DNA of 64,000 nt from a virus (IMGVR_UViG_3300033463_000003); one strand, 5' to 3'. Numbered from the stretch's first letter, positions 37,901 through 50,345 are shown. Notes: generated by a model from the letters alone, not told the origin. A program made the numbers and translations.

Positions 37901-38493
37901 CTTATGATGATAATAATGGTTTACCATCAGCTGATACTTCTGGTGATTTATGTGCAAGCTATGTTAGATTTGATGGTGAAATGTTACCAAGTTATGTCGT
38001 ATCAGTATCAGCAACTGGTAGCTATAATAAATTAAATCCACCAAAAGCAGGACAACCATGCTATAAATTAACAAAAGTGATAGGTGATGTTACTATTATT
38101 GCAACTGTTATATATGATCCAGAGCCAGTTAGTTTAACTTTTGTTAATAATACAAATTATGCAATAGAATTCAAAGATACAGATGGTACACATGCGATAA
38201 CTGAATCAATGCAAATTAAAGGTATTGATGATTTTAAGTTTACAATTGCCCATAACTTGGGTGATGAAGCTAAAACGCATGATCCTGCAATTACATCTGT
38301 AGTAATTGGCGGTGATGAACTTGGTATTACTGCAAGTAAAACGGATAAAACTAAACCAATTTATTATTCTGCATCTAAGAAAAAAGATGAGTGTACTATT
38401 TGGAAAGAATTTATTGATATTGCTCATGGTAATATTATTATTACAGTTAATGAAACTGCAATTAAGCAGCCAGAAGAGCCAGTTGGTGAATAG
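34903..38493 (+). CDS. Tail fibre / receptor-binding-like protein (1196 aa)
   Basis: The N-terminal KWINNRTKLSAKNMNHIEDGIERV resembles the conserved N-terminus of tail-fibre proteins in Gram-positive phages. Long, beta-rich, Gly/Asn/Thr-rich body. Confidence 0.55.
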   Translation: MSELYTKTKWINNRTKLSAKNMNHIEDGIERVAEEIESIESQHQLHTHPNKQILDQIQVPLTTGLAEKYDSYEGQIEEKSAVSVSETGESETSVQYITIDGVEYKLAGDIAENYEELDNVSLNAITATGVYKIINAKDVPEYTSTSGILNATKLSNDQTAQDWLSTTNRAVRIFDETSVGLKFYVNNEVVPQGEVLLPLGGTYELHGDLLGHIIIGEGELTANNRTKIILNGVNIQSYNYESCIEYTSEASKLIVEIADNSKNYLVAGVEGETGDNDKGALHSENNLVLTGVGYLTIINAKGHGIKASELVITGNPYVYLDTNHDAVHGGKLLKIAGGYFVVHGANDAFSGSAGGNNDGKVLILGGEYNIVSCKEAAFEGKSANGIKKVLNSTITFGEGCNKLFNASNANEGYEFKVFEGLNTITNNSSKTYEEVSLAEAVGLPYLYEYGEEPVQITASVTTLDPSSDKEYVIKGNWTGKKLITAPASGVKVDFRVKDLYYESEDAEDLEAFITHTNDKRIKFSIDEFNLAYIKKAAGSCITTAKNLQVKGKGDLFLSCTNGEAISAPNGYTVLGGDGIRSIKGSASGITTSSLRLGEDPDDVDEKFDTPSKRGVSDTAAYIIENTQDITLTNTEELITYKNQIIATQYMTGAVILGTIQAANVESALVVQSGDVLQKEGEPYPNTALVYGMPSGLIIAGDAHTYIEPSAEELDGEVPDIEEAAGSDWIVYRGDGYTKEEVDTKFVPKTEYNALLAKLDAIAPRAVNFSYRLLDPTQGIKKTNLSFADVVDESGEEPVIKSAISNLTIYKYACPEEIEDEAEQAHKYLSSGAPIYARDGDKGYVAIDKTGQVNFIPEFTEEFASGYVLQPVVTPADGYNNFKTQWNTGIPGLYRFTKVNSDLDVELHAVKESEMPAHVLTYKLRAPVDYPIDKVPYPTIFRGADHLEKYVKYGPGATLQGAYNTLDESLISGCALVLPQEYETVTIDNVDYHEWTIIDRAYDDNNGLPSADTSGDLCASYVRFDGEMLPSYVVSVSATGSYNKLNPPKAGQPCYKLTKVIGDVTIIATVIYDPEPVSLTFVNNTNYAIEFKDTDGTHAITESMQIKGIDDFKFTIAHNLGDEAKTHDPAITSVVIGGDELGITASKTDKTKPIYYSASKKKDECTIWKEFIDIAHGNIIITVNETAIKQPEEPVGE

Positions 38494-38513
38494 AAGTAGC
38501 GAGGTAAATAAAT

Positions 38514-40433
38514 ATGCCATTTAAAAACACAGTTGAAAACTTAGCAGCCTTTAAAGCAGAGGCTGTTACTAAGAGTACAGAGCAAACAATTCCTTCTAAA
38601 AAAACTTTTACAAATACAATTACTTTTGATGATAATATTTTAGTAAGAGGTAATTTAGTAAGTGAAGGCGGTTTTGAAGTTGGAATTGAGGATCTTTCTA
38701 CTGCTTCAAATTTAGAAAATGATTTAGGAAATGCTTCTGTTATTCAAAAAAATATTGCTTTAGATAGTGTTACTTGGGAGTCAGATGATGAAAATGTTGC
38801 TACAGTCGACAGCCATGGTAATATTTTAGCAGTTGGCCCAGGTACTGCTACAATTTCAGCTACAAAAATTGAAGATAATGTTATTTATCAAGGAAGCTGC
38901 GATGTTACAGTTTCTATACCAAATTCTCCTTTGTTTAATAGTGTTGTTCCATCAGAAACAATCTTATATACATTAGATGGAAGCCTTCCTGGAACTGGTA
39001 GTGCTTATGCTACAGAAAATACTGCGACTCAAGATGGAATTACTTGGAAAGTCCAAGGAAATGTTACTACAAATCCATGGCGTATTGGTGGTAAATCATT
39101 AACAGAAGAAAATAGGGTTGTATATTCAACTGGTCAGATTTCAGGAACTATTGCAAAAGTTTCTGTTGCTCATGGAAATTTCTTTGGTTCATCTTCTAAA
39201 GTAGTTATTCACAGTTTAACTTTAATTGTAGCACAAGATGCTGATTTCCAAAATGTTTTATATACAGAAACAAGCTATTCAATTTCAGCAAATTCTACAA
39301 GCAACTTTATTTGCCCACAGAGTACTATTGAGGAAGAGTATTGGACAAATGCTTATTATAAATTAATTTATGTAATTAGCATTAATACAGCTACTAATAG
39401 CGGTATTGAATTAAATAGTGTTACTTTCTATGAAGGTTATGAATATATCCCAGCAACAGGTATTGAACTAGATATTAGTCAACTTACATTAATGGAAGGT
39501 ACAGAAGCTCAACTTACCGCAACAGTTTCCCCAGTAGATGCTTCAAATAAAAATGTATTATGGAGCAGCGCTGACCCATCTGTTGCTACAGTAAGTGCAA
39601 GTGGTGTTGTTACAGGCCTTACAATTGGTGATACAAGTATTACCGCTACATCACAAGATGGCGGATTTACAGATGTTTGTTCAATTACTGTTACAGATCA
39701 AGCATTTGATGAATTAAAATTAAATGCTTCGAGTATAGATATTCGTGTCGGTAAAACTTACAAATTAAAAGCATATTATAATGTTAAAAATATTGCAACT
39801 GGTGATTCTGCTATTGCTTTAGGCCGTGGTAATACTATTCATAATAATATGGCATTTGCCTATGGTGATTGCTTAGAATCAACAGCCGATGGTCAAACTT
39901 TATTTGGTAAATATAATAATTTAGAATCAACAGCTAAGTTTGTTATCGGTAATGGTACTGATACTGATCACAGAAGTAATGCTTTTGAAGTTCATTTAGA
40001 TGGAAGAGCAACAGTAGGTGCTAATCCAACACAAGATAAAGATGTTGCTACAAAAGAATATGTAGATGAAAATAAAGGAACCAAGCTTTATAGACATCAT
40101 TTTGATATTGTAGTTGGACATCTTGATTTACCTTTAATTCCAGAAGGTACTGCTGCTTTTATTAATGTAAATGCATTATCAACAAGTGGTGAAGAATGGG
40201 AAACATTAAGTGAATTAGATGGTGGTGGATTTATTGTATCTGCTTTTGGAACTATTCCAAATGTATATGATTATATTTTTGAATTAAAACTTTATTATAA
40301 TACATTAAATACTTTATTGCTAAATATTCATGATTTAACAGATAATACAGTTAAAGCAGTTACAATTACTACTGTTAATAATGGACAAACTCCTAGCACA
40401 TTTGAATTACAGGATGGTGTAACACCACTTTAG
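38514..40433 (+). CDS. Structural protein with Big_2 (bacterial Ig-like) domains and a fibre-like C-terminus (639 aa)
   Basis: Two segments match Big_2: VTWESDDENVATVDSHGNILAVGPGTATISATK and VLWSSADPSVATVSASGVVTGLTIGDTSITATS. The C-terminal motif is GANPTQDKDVATKEYVDE. Confidence 0.55.
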   Translation: MPFKNTVENLAAFKAEAVTKSTEQTIPSKKTFTNTITFDDNILVRGNLVSEGGFEVGIEDLSTASNLENDLGNASVIQKNIALDSVTWESDDENVATVDSHGNILAVGPGTATISATKIEDNVIYQGSCDVTVSIPNSPLFNSVVPSETILYTLDGSLPGTGSAYATENTATQDGITWKVQGNVTTNPWRIGGKSLTEENRVVYSTGQISGTIAKVSVAHGNFFGSSSKVVIHSLTLIVAQDADFQNVLYTETSYSISANSTSNFICPQSTIEEEYWTNAYYKLIYVISINTATNSGIELNSVTFYEGYEYIPATGIELDISQLTLMEGTEAQLTATVSPVDASNKNVLWSSADPSVATVSASGVVTGLTIGDTSITATSQDGGFTDVCSITVTDQAFDELKLNASSIDIRVGKTYKLKAYYNVKNIATGDSAIALGRGNTIHNNMAFAYGDCLESTADGQTLFGKYNNLESTAKFVIGNGTDTDHRSNAFEVHLDGRATVGANPTQDKDVATKEYVDENKGTKLYRHHFDIVVGHLDLPLIPEGTAAFINVNALSTSGEEWETLSELDGGGFIVSAFGTIPNVYDYIFELKLYYNTLNTLLLNIHDLTDNTVKAVTITTVNNGQTPSTFELQDGVTPL

Positions 40434-40487
40434 TTAATAATATACTAAAAATACTGTTATAATAATAAATAAAAATATTTATAAAAA

Positions 40488-40514
40488 TAGGCATCTAATT
40501 AAAGATGCCTTTTT
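40488..40514 (+). terminator. Rho-independent terminator (aggcatct aatta aagatgcct ttttatt)
   Basis: Stem-loop followed by a U-run. The late motif TGCTAAATTAT follows at 40545-40555. Confidence 0.6.
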
Positions 40515-40575
40515 ATTATTTATGGCTTAATAATTGCTAAATTATATGAAATCTTTGGATTAAAGGAGTTAATTT

Positions 40576-40941
40576 ATGGCAGCATTAAATAATATTGTAG
40601 TAATTAACCGTGGTGATACATTCTCATTTGATTTAACTATTAATGATTGTAGCGCACCAGAAGGTAGATATATATTAAAAGATGATGATGTTTTATATTT
40701 TGGTTTAATGGACCCACATCAACTTTTTGAACATGCTTTAGTTAAAAAAAGATATACAAAAGATGATACAGATGATGCTGGTAATTTAGTTATTACATTA
40801 AAGCCAGAAGATACTATAGATTTATGTCCTGGCGTATATTATTATGCTGTTAAACTACATAAGCTTACTGATAATGAAGAAGAATATGTAGATGAAGTTA
40901 TTACTGTAATTAATAAGACTAAATTTATTATTAATGACTAG
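40576..40941 (+). CDS. hypothetical protein (121 aa)
   Basis: ORF with an AAGGAG RBS. Confidence 0.5.
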   Translation: MAALNNIVVINRGDTFSFDLTINDCSAPEGRYILKDDDVLYFGLMDPHQLFEHALVKKRYTKDDTDDAGNLVITLKPEDTIDLCPGVYYYAVKLHKLTDNEEEYVDEVITVINKTKFIIND

Positions 40942-40955
40942 GAGGAGTACTAATA

Positions 40956-43900
40956 ATGATTGGAAAAATAAATAAAAATTCAACATCTATTAGTGGAACA
41001 ATCAATAGTACAGCTCCTAGCACAGGGTCAGTAACTTCTGCAGCTGGTGGTACTAGTGATCATAAAAGATTAGCAAATAGAAGTGCTGCTGATCAACACC
41101 CTATTAGTGCTATTACTAATCTTCAAGATATTTTAGATAGTAAAGCAACTAAGGTTGAACTTGATGAGTTAAAAGCTCAATTAACAGAGAAAAGAGCCAA
41201 GGGCTTATACTATGATTTTAATAGTACTTTTGCTAAAAAGCCATACTGATATTTAGTTTCTGAAGTTGATTCTGAAACAGGCCAAGGAATTCCTGGCGAC
41301 GATGGTAGATATATTGTTTCTGGCCCATATGACCTCGGCCAAGGCGGCGGAGGCGGTGGTTCCGGTGGTGGTATTACTACTGTTACTTTAGTTAACCGTG
41401 ATCCTGAAACAAGTGAGTATTTATGGCCTACTGCTGTTGCTATTGGAGCAGATGTTAATTTAAAAGTTTATTGGTCATCAAAACGTGACGAAGATCCAAC
41501 TGGTAACGGCACGATGTTTGTTTATGTAAATGATATTTTAGTAGAAAAAAAGAATACAAAACAAGGACTTTATGAATGTAATGTTTCTAACTATTTAATA
41601 TCAGGAGCAAATAAAATTGAATTTAAAATTCAAGATGCTTATTCTACAACTAAAAATTTAATTGGTACTATTAATGCTGTTTCTCTTAAACTAACTTCTA
41701 AATTTGAAGATGATACTATTTTAACAGGCCTATTTACATATACCTATATTCCAGTAGGCGATGTTTTAAAATTAGTTCATTTTATTGTTGATGGTGTAGA
41801 AATTGGTGTTGATCAAGTAAGAACCTCTAATGAACAATGTACAAGAGTTTTTCAACCAATGAGTCATGGTTCACATACATTAGAAGTTTATTTTACTGCA
41901 GAAATTGATGGCGATTTTGCAGAATCTAACCATTTAAAGTATGATTTAATTGCTGCAGCATATGGTAATACTACTCCAATTATTGCTTCTACATTCCCAG
42001 CTCAAAGTGAGCAAGAGCAATATGTTGCATATAATATTAAGTATCGTGTATATACCCCAACTGCTGATGGTGGTCATAAAAATACATCTATTGTTAAATT
42101 ATTTATAGATGGTCAACAAGTTGGAAGTGACCTTTCAGTTAATACAAGTTGGCAAAACTGAGAAATTATTCCAACAGTTGTTGGCAATCACATTTATACT
42201 ATTCAAACTGGTTCAGTACAAAGAATTTTTAATGCACATGTTTTTGAAAGTACAATTAATGTTCAGCCAATTGAAACAAGCCAAGTTTTATATTTAACAA
42301 CATCAGGAAGAAGTAATGCAGAAGCATTAGAATCAAGAGTTGTTTGGGAAGATGCTGCACATGATATTCATTGTAATTTAACTGGTTTTAACTGGTCAGC
42401 TAATGGCTGGTTATCAGATAGTACAGGCACAACTGTTTTAAGACTTTCTGGTGATGCTCGTGTTGAAATTCCATATCAACCATTCTATAAAGATGTTCAA
42501 CAAACAGGTAAAACAATTGAAATTGAATTTGCCACATCAGATGTTAAGAAGTATGAATCTCGTATTCTTGAATGTTTAACAGGTGGTGATTCTTTAACTT
42601 ACTCACAAGCACTTGCTGGTGAAGATGATAGAGCACATTATTTTACTGTTACAGATGTTAATAGTGAAAAGTTTGTGCAAGCTGTTAGAGGTGATCATAG
42701 AACATACTTATTCTTACATGATGGAACTAACTGGACATTAGATGGTGAAGTTGTAGATTTAAGCCAAGATAATATTTATGGTATTTCAATTAGAATGGAA
42801 GATCGTGCTGGTGGAACACCTAGTGAATACTTTATTGAAGGTGATAGAATTACTGTTGCTTACTTAGTTGTTGGCCGTGGTATTTATATTACACCTCAAC
42901 TAGCTAAGTTCCAATCTCAATTATCCGCATTATCTACACAATATAAAGAAAATGAAAGAGTTTATTTAACATTTGTTATTGAAAAACGTGCTGAAAATAG
43001 ATTAATCTATATGTATATTAATGGTATTATGTCTGGTGTATCAGTATATCCATTAGGTGATACATTTGAACAAAACCCAGCTGCTAATATTATTTTAGGC
43101 AGCAATGATGCTACATTAGATATTTATACTATTCGTATTTATGATAACTCATTAAATAGAAAACAAGTTGTTAATAACTGGATTGCTAGTATGCGTGATC
43201 CACAAACAAGAGCCGCTTACTATCAAGAAAATGATAACTTTAATCCAGAAACAGGAAAAGTTGTTATTAGTAAAATCCCAAGTAAAACTCCTTACATGGT
43301 TTTAACTGGCCCAGAATTACCAGGATTTAAGAAAGATAAAAAACTTGTTGACGTTGAGTTTGTTTATCCAGGTAGTGATGAAAGATACTTTACTGCTCCA
43401 CAAGCACAAATTGACGTCCAAGGTACTTCTTCACAATATTATTATAGAAAGAACTTTAAAATTAACTTTAAAGAAGGTTTTTATGATATAGATAAAGAAT
43501 ATCATGAAAAATATAAGCATATTCCACCACTATCAAAGAAAGAAAAGAAGTTTACATTTAAGGCTGACGTTGCATCTTCAGAAGGTGCTAATAACGTTCA
43601 ATTAGTTAGATACTTTGAATTAACTAAAAACTGGCTAATGCCTGCTGAAAAAGATCAAGATGCTGATGATACTGCTGATGGATACTTAACAAAAGATAGA
43701 ATTCGTACTGGTATTGATGGTTTCCCAATGATTATGTTCCACAATAATGGTGCTGAAACATATTTCTATGGAAAGATGAACTTTAATAATGATAAAGATA
43801 ATAAGAGCACCTTTGGTTTTAGTGATGGTGATGAATGTTGGGAATTTGTTAACAATACTACACCATTAGTTTTATTTGAAGATGATGATTTATCAAATTG

Positions 43901-46900
43901 GCAAATAAGCTTTGAATCAAGATATCCAGAAGAATATGGTGAAGATGATCATGCTTATGGTACAAAGCCAGGCGAATTAGATAAGCTTCAAGCAGTAATG
44001 TCCTGGGTTGTTTCAACAAAGCGTTTACCAACAGATAGCGATGAAGAAAAAGCTAGAAAATTACAAAAGTTTAGGGATGAATTTGAAGATCATTTTAATT
44101 TACAATCTTCATTATTTTACTACTTATATACAGAATTATTCTTAATGGTTGACTCTCGTGCTAAAAACGCGATGTTAGCTTACTTAAAATCACATACACC
44201 AGGTGATAAAGGAAACAGATGGTTCTGGCTCCCATACGATATGGACACTGCAATAGGTACTAACAACGAAGGTTTATTAGTATTTAACTATGATGCTGAA
44301 GATACTGATATTGTTAATGGTGCTAACGTTTACAACGGCCAAGCTTCTGTTTTCTGGAATAACTTACGTGATGCTTTCCCAACTGAACTAAAACAGCTAT
44401 ATAGAGACTTACGTTCAGGCGCTGCTGGCGGTGATATGAAGTGGTCATATGATAATATTGAAAAATTATTTGAAGATCATCAAAGCTATTGGTCTGCATC
44501 TATCTTTAATGAGGACTCATATACAAAATATCTTGAACCATTAATTAATAATAATGATGCCACTTACTTAGGTATGGCACAAGGTTCAAAAGAAGAGCAA
44601 CGTAAATGGTGGTTGTGGAATAGATTTAGATATTTAGATAGTAAATATAGAACTGGTGATGCACAAGATCAGTACATTATGCTTCGTGCTTATGCTAGGG
44701 ACAATCTTGTTGTTACACCATATATTAACTGTTATGTTACGGGCGTTTTTGACCAAGTTAAAGATGAATCAATGGTTACAGTTGATGCATTAAAAGATAC
44801 TGCATATACAATTGTTCCACCTGAAACATGGGACCCAGCACGTATGGGCTCTGGTGGTTCTGACTCTGTTGTTGCTATTTATTCTGCTGATTTATTAAGA
44901 GATGTTGGTGATTTATCAGGATTTAAGCTTGGTTATGCAGACTTTTCACGTGCAACAAAACTTCAAAGATTACAAATTGGTTCAACTGCCCCAGGATATA
45001 CTAATAATAAACTAGAAACGCTTAACGTTGGTAATAACCACTTACTTACATATCTTGATGCTAGAAACTGTTCAGCACTAGGAACAGGTGATACTAAGAT
45101 TGTTGACCTTTCTAACTGTAATAGTATTGAAGAAGTTTACTTTGATAATACTAATATTCAAGGTGTTATGTTCCCTGTTGGTGGTAACTTAAAGAAAGTT
45201 CATTTACCAGCTTCTATTACTGACTTAACAATTAGAAGTCATCCAAATCTTAATGAATTAAAATTATATGGAACAGATAACTTAACATCAGTTTGGCTTG
45301 AAGATATTCCTTCTTCAAGTATTTCAGCTGTTGAAATTATCAGTGCAATGGATGAGGGTGCAACTGCTCGTTTAATTAATATTAATGAAACTATTGATTC
45401 AGTTGAAACTCTTGAAAATTTCTATGATAAGCTTTGGACTATGAAAGGTAAAGATAACAAAGGTGATACTACAGACAAAGCTCAAATTACAGGTATTATC
45501 AATCTTTCACAATTAACTAATATTTCATATGCTGACTGGGTTAGATTATCTGCTATGTTCCCAGAAGTTGAAATTAGAGGCAATATTATTTGTAATGTTA
45601 ATTTCTGGAATGATGATGTTTTATATGCAACAAGAAATGTTATACTCGGTCGTGCCGCTGTTGCACCAGAAATGCCATCACGTACACCAACAGCTCAATA
45701 TTACTATACATTTGCTGGTTGGGATGGCGATTTTAGTACAGTAACTCAGGATTTAGATATTCATGCTACCTATGATGAACATATTCAAGTATATCATATT
45801 ATTTTTGATGTACGTTCAGAAGTAATTGAGCTTGAGCAAGATACATTTGATTTAGAATATGGTTCAGCAATTCCAGAGCCAGTTATTATTCAAGAGACTA
45901 TCCCAGAAGGTGTCAATTTCTTAGGTTGGCATACAGCTAATAATGACCTAGTTGATTTTAATACAATTACTGTATCTGGAGATATTATTAATTTCCCAGA
46001 GACCAAGAATATTATTATTTCTGCCCGTTGGCAAGATGAAAATGCTCCATTAGTTACATTATCACGTATTTCATATAATAAATTTGCATATAGAGCTACT
46101 GATAACTTAGGTATTGTTGCTTATGCAATTACAGATAGCGAAGTATTAACACCAATTGATGAAAGATGGCATTTAATTACTTCTACAACATTGTATGAAG
46201 GTGAACATACAATTAATGCTACTGGTGATTATTATTTCCATGTTAAAGATGATCAAGGTAATACATCATGGGCAAAAATTACAGCATATGAAGTTAATGT
46301 AATTCAAAATATTAATAATGAATTTGATAGTTCTACTAATATTATTCAAGTTACATATTCAGAACAAGCAGATTTAAGTAATCAATTTACAACGGTTTTT
46401 GCACTTTCTGGCACAAAATTATATATAGATGCAACAAATGATTCACATTATGAAAATTTAAGCTTAAAACATAATGCAGCAGTTGTTAACATTGGTGATT
46501 CTATAACTGTTAACCAAACAATTGTTATTATGGCAAGTGTTACACCAAAAGTATATCGTGTTACATTTGATATTAATTTACCACAAGCTTTAATTGAATC
46601 CTTAACCGAGGAACAAATTGAAGCAATGACTCCATGGCCACAAGATGTTATTTATAAGCATAAAGTTATTGAGCCAGAACCACAATCATTAAATGGCTAT
46701 ATTCTTGATGCATGGAAAACAATTGATGATGAATTATGGAGCTTTGCATCTAATGTAATTTTAGGTGCTCTAACATTGTATGCTGTTTGGGCAGAGTACT
46801 CAGACCCAACAACTATTGTTATTGATACAACTGAAGAAAATCAAGAAGTTCATATTAATTTATGGCAAGAAACTGCAATGGCTGTAAAGGTTGTTTGGGG

Positions 46901-48233
46901 TGATAATACCGGTGAGCAAGCAATCAATGAAGCTGGTGGTGTTACATTTACACACACATATTCTGATGCTAATACATATTCTATTCAAGTTTATAGATAT
47001 GCAGGAAATTATCATTTAGGTTGAAACTTTGATACACCAGCAGTACAACCAATTAATATTGTTTCTGATGTTATTTTTGCTTTTGATGTCGCTTATACAA
47101 ATCCAGGTGCATTTAGAGGTGCAACACATCTTAGTACAATTCGACTAACAAGATTTATGACTAAGATTGCAGACAGTACTTTTGAAGATTGTACTGGAGC
47201 CGTGTCATTTGATGGCGGAACTTATAATATTCCAAATTCAATTCAAAATATCGGTGGTCGTGCTTTTGCTGGTTGTACAGGCTTAACGAGAGTTACATTG
47301 CCAAGTAAACTTCAAGTGTTAGGTGATAACGTATTTAGAGGATGTACAAATCTTACAAATATTACATTTTCTAACGAATGTACATTAGCTAAAATTTCAG
47401 CTTATGCCTTCTATGGATGTTCAAGTTTATCCACAATAAATATTCCAGGCAGTGTTACAACTATTGGTGAAAATGCTTTTGGAAACTGTATAGCTTTATC
47501 AGAGCTATATTTAGGCACAAATGTTACAACTATTAATTCAGAAGCTTTTGCTAACTGTTCTTCATTAGAATATATTACTATTATGGCCCCACATATGATT
47601 ACTATGGATAGAGACTGCTTCTATGGTTGTTCATTATTAGAAACAGCTGGCCCAATTAGTGGTAATTATAATATTAAATTTGGTTGGACACAAGTAATTC
47701 CAGCTAATGCATTTAACGTATCATATGCTGCTGCATCTGCTTTACGTTCAATAACTTTACCATTAACTATTGAAGAAATTGGTGATAATGCATTCTATGA
47801 CTGCCAATACTTAAATAGTATTAATTATGTTGGTAGTACATATGATATTAATATTTTCCCAAATAGCTTACGTATTATTGGTAATAGCTGTTTTAATGGC
47901 TGTGCATCACTTCAAAATATTACTATCCCATCTAGCGTAGAATCAATGGGTGATAGTGTATTTAGAAGTTGCCGTGGCTTAACAAGAGCTTATTTATATT
48001 TAGCAAGTAGTAGCCATAAGATTGATTCACCACTATGTGGTTGGTTCTATAACACAAGATTTATTACACAACCAGATGGTTCACAAGTACAGCAAATTGA
48101 AATTCATGTTCCAAATGATATTACAGAGGGACAAGATGACCTTTATTACGGTGCATATTGGAACTGTCATATTTATGATGGTACTTCCCAACCACCAACA
48201 ATTATAATGCTTGCGTATATAAGCGACCTATAG
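40956..48233 (+). CDS. Giant structural / host-interaction protein (about 2425 aa) with three in-frame TGA codons. Contains a Gly-rich N-terminal region, a CotH-like kinase-fold domain and C-terminal BspA-type leucine-rich repeats.
   Basis: Track ORFs 40956-41249, 41514-42161, 42675-47024 and 47157-48233 all lie in frame 0. The inter-ORF stretches of 264, 513 and 132 nt contain no TAA or TAG. TGA codons are at 41250, 42162 and 47022. SRAKNAMLAYLKSHTPGDKGNRWFWLPYDMDTAIG resembles the CotH catalytic region. The C-terminal region carries repeats of the form G(C/N)xxLxxIxIPxSVxxIGxxAF(xxC), as in BspA-type leucine-rich-repeat proteins. Confidence 0.7.
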
Positions 48234-48257
48234 AATTTAGTATAGTGAGGTAAAATT

Positions 48258-48461
48258 ATGATAATTAATATTATTCAAACAATTACAAATGTCCTTGATA
48301 ATAATCGTACAGTATTAAGAACATTTTCAACAGAAACTTATGAGCTTACTCCTGAAAAAGGAAAAGCAATTAAGAATATTTCAAATGGCCGAATTTATAC
48401 TGCAACTGTTAATATTGGAACAAAGGGAAATTTAAAAAATTACATTGAAATTGATTTATAA
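48258..48461 (+). CDS. hypothetical protein (67 aa)
   Basis: ORF with a GTGAGG RBS. Confidence 0.45.
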   Translation: MIINIIQTITNVLDNNRTVLRTFSTETYELTPEKGKAIKNISNGRIYTATVNIGTKGNLKNYIEIDL

Positions 48462-48497
48462 AATTAAAATGTATAATATTAAGGTGAGGAAATTACT

Positions 48498-49106
48498 ATG
48501 CCAAGAATGCCAATAGTTACTCCCAAAGATGATAGAATTCAAGAAAAGCCAAAGGCTGTTCGCCCTGTTAATCCAGTACAGCCACCTAAAAAAGAATTCC
48601 ATAGGGATAATACATCAGTTTATATTCAACCAGTTGACTTTGATTTAAAGTTAAAAGTTTTAGCTGAAGATACTGCTAGAACTTATTTGCCTTTAGATTT
48701 TGATAACAACTCAGAAATTGAGCAAAAAACAGCTGAAGAGCTAGCAGATACAGCTTATATTTTTGTTGATAATAATGGAAAGCCAACTAAGGTTTTGGCA
48801 ACCTCTGTTTTAAGAACATTTATTAAATGAAACGATTTAGCAGATAGCACAAAAACAAGAATTCAGCAAGCTATTGATATAGCTATTGAATCAAATAAGC
48901 TTAAAGCAGGTGATAATATTACTATTGAAAATAATATTATTAGTGCTAATATTGGTGTAGCCTCACTTAATGGCAAAATTGGTAGTATAACATTATCAGC
49001 AGAAGATTTAAATGCTTATACAAAAGATAAAGTTTATACAAAAGATGAAACACAAGATATTATTAATAATTTAATTATAGAAGTAGATGGAGGACGAATT
49101 GAATAA
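48498..49106 (+). CDS. hypothetical tail-associated protein (202 aa) with one in-frame TGA at 48828
   Basis: Track ORF 48498-48830 continues in frame to the TAA at 49104. Confidence 0.5.
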
Positions 49107-49107
49107 T

Positions 49108-49779
49108 ATGAGTAATACTATTAGAATTGATGTTGTTCAACTAAAGCGTGGCAATAAAGCAGATTTAGAGCGTGTCCTCCGTGGCATACTTAAACCAGCA
49201 GACGGTGAACCAATTTTTGAAATAGATACAGGCAAACTTAAATTTGGTGATGGTATTCATAACTATGTAGACTTAGAATATTTTAGAACTGGTGATATTC
49301 AAGTTGCTGATGCTTTAAATGGCCAAATTTTAACATATGATGCCGCCCAAGCAAAATGGGTTGCAAGTAAGTTTGCAGATAATAAAAGTATTGAGTATAC
49401 TGAAAATGGCTTACAAATTGCAGGTTTTAATACTCCTGCTGCCCAACAAGGTTATGGACCGATTGTTAATGAAGATACTATTAACTGGCAAAAAGTTGTA
49501 ACAGATGAAACACTAAATGCAAAAGTTCAACAAGCAGATAGTGCAGCATATCAAGCTGGTCAAGCTGCAGCAAGTGCATTTTCTTCTGCTGAAAATGCAA
49601 ATCGTTCTGCAGGTCAAGCAGAACAATTTAGAGACGCAACTGCACAACTTATTAATGATAAATTCTGGTTTGGCACAAGAGCAGAATATGAAACAGAAGT
49701 TATTGGTCAAAATCAATTACATGAGGGAACAATATATTTTATTCGTGATTATGATTGGATTGATTTCCCAAATAACTAA
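49108..49779 (+). CDS. Tail-fibre protein with a conserved N-terminal fibre/hyaluronidase-type domain (223 aa)
   Basis: KRGNKADLERVLRGILKPADGEPIFEIDTGKLKFGDGIHNYVDLEYF matches the N-terminal signature shared by many Gram-positive phage tail fibres (R..T...W...NP.L..GE.G.E.DT.K.K.GDG...W..L.Y). Confidence 0.55.
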   Translation: MSNTIRIDVVQLKRGNKADLERVLRGILKPADGEPIFEIDTGKLKFGDGIHNYVDLEYFRTGDIQVADALNGQILTYDAAQAKWVASKFADNKSIEYTENGLQIAGFNTPAAQQGYGPIVNEDTINWQKVVTDETLNAKVQQADSAAYQAGQAAASAFSSAENANRSAGQAEQFRDATAQLINDKFWFGTRAEYETEVIGQNQLHEGTIYFIRDYDWIDFPNN

Positions 49780-49797
49780 TAAAAAGTAAGGTATTTT

Positions 49798-50310
49798 ATG
49801 AGCACAAGAGATCGAATTGGTAATAATAAAGCTAGAGTAGGCACTCTTGTTGATGGAAGTTTGGAAAGCAAATTACATTTAATTTTAGGCTCAACTACAA
49901 TATTAAATGGTTCACAGCTAGTATATGACTTGCATCAACAAGTTTTTAGAAATGGAGTTTTACCATTAGACCTTGAAACTGGTGGCCCAAATGATGAACT
50001 TTTGCCAGAGTACAAGTGTAATTGATATCCAGGCAGTATTACATATGGTGTTGTATTAGATAATGATGCACCAGTATATAGTTCAGAGGATGAAACAAAT
50101 AGACAATATTTAGGTACAGTTCAAAAATTTAGGGAAGGTAATAATATTGAAGAATCTATTGTTAGAATTTATACTGTTTTAGACGGAATAAATACAAACC
50201 ATACTTGGCAACAAAAAATGAATATTTATTATAAAATTAGGATGCATGATGGCACAATTGGTTATATTAATTCTTTATTAATTAATAAAATTGTGTATAA
50301 AGATTGCTAA
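49798..50310 (+). CDS. hypothetical protein (170 aa) with one in-frame TGA at 50023
   Basis: Track ORF 49798-50025 continues in frame to the TAA at 50308. The stop overlaps late motif TGCTAAATTAT at 50304-50314. Confidence 0.5.
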
Positions 50311-50345
50311 ATTATTTGATAACATAGAGATCAAGGAGAAGTAAA

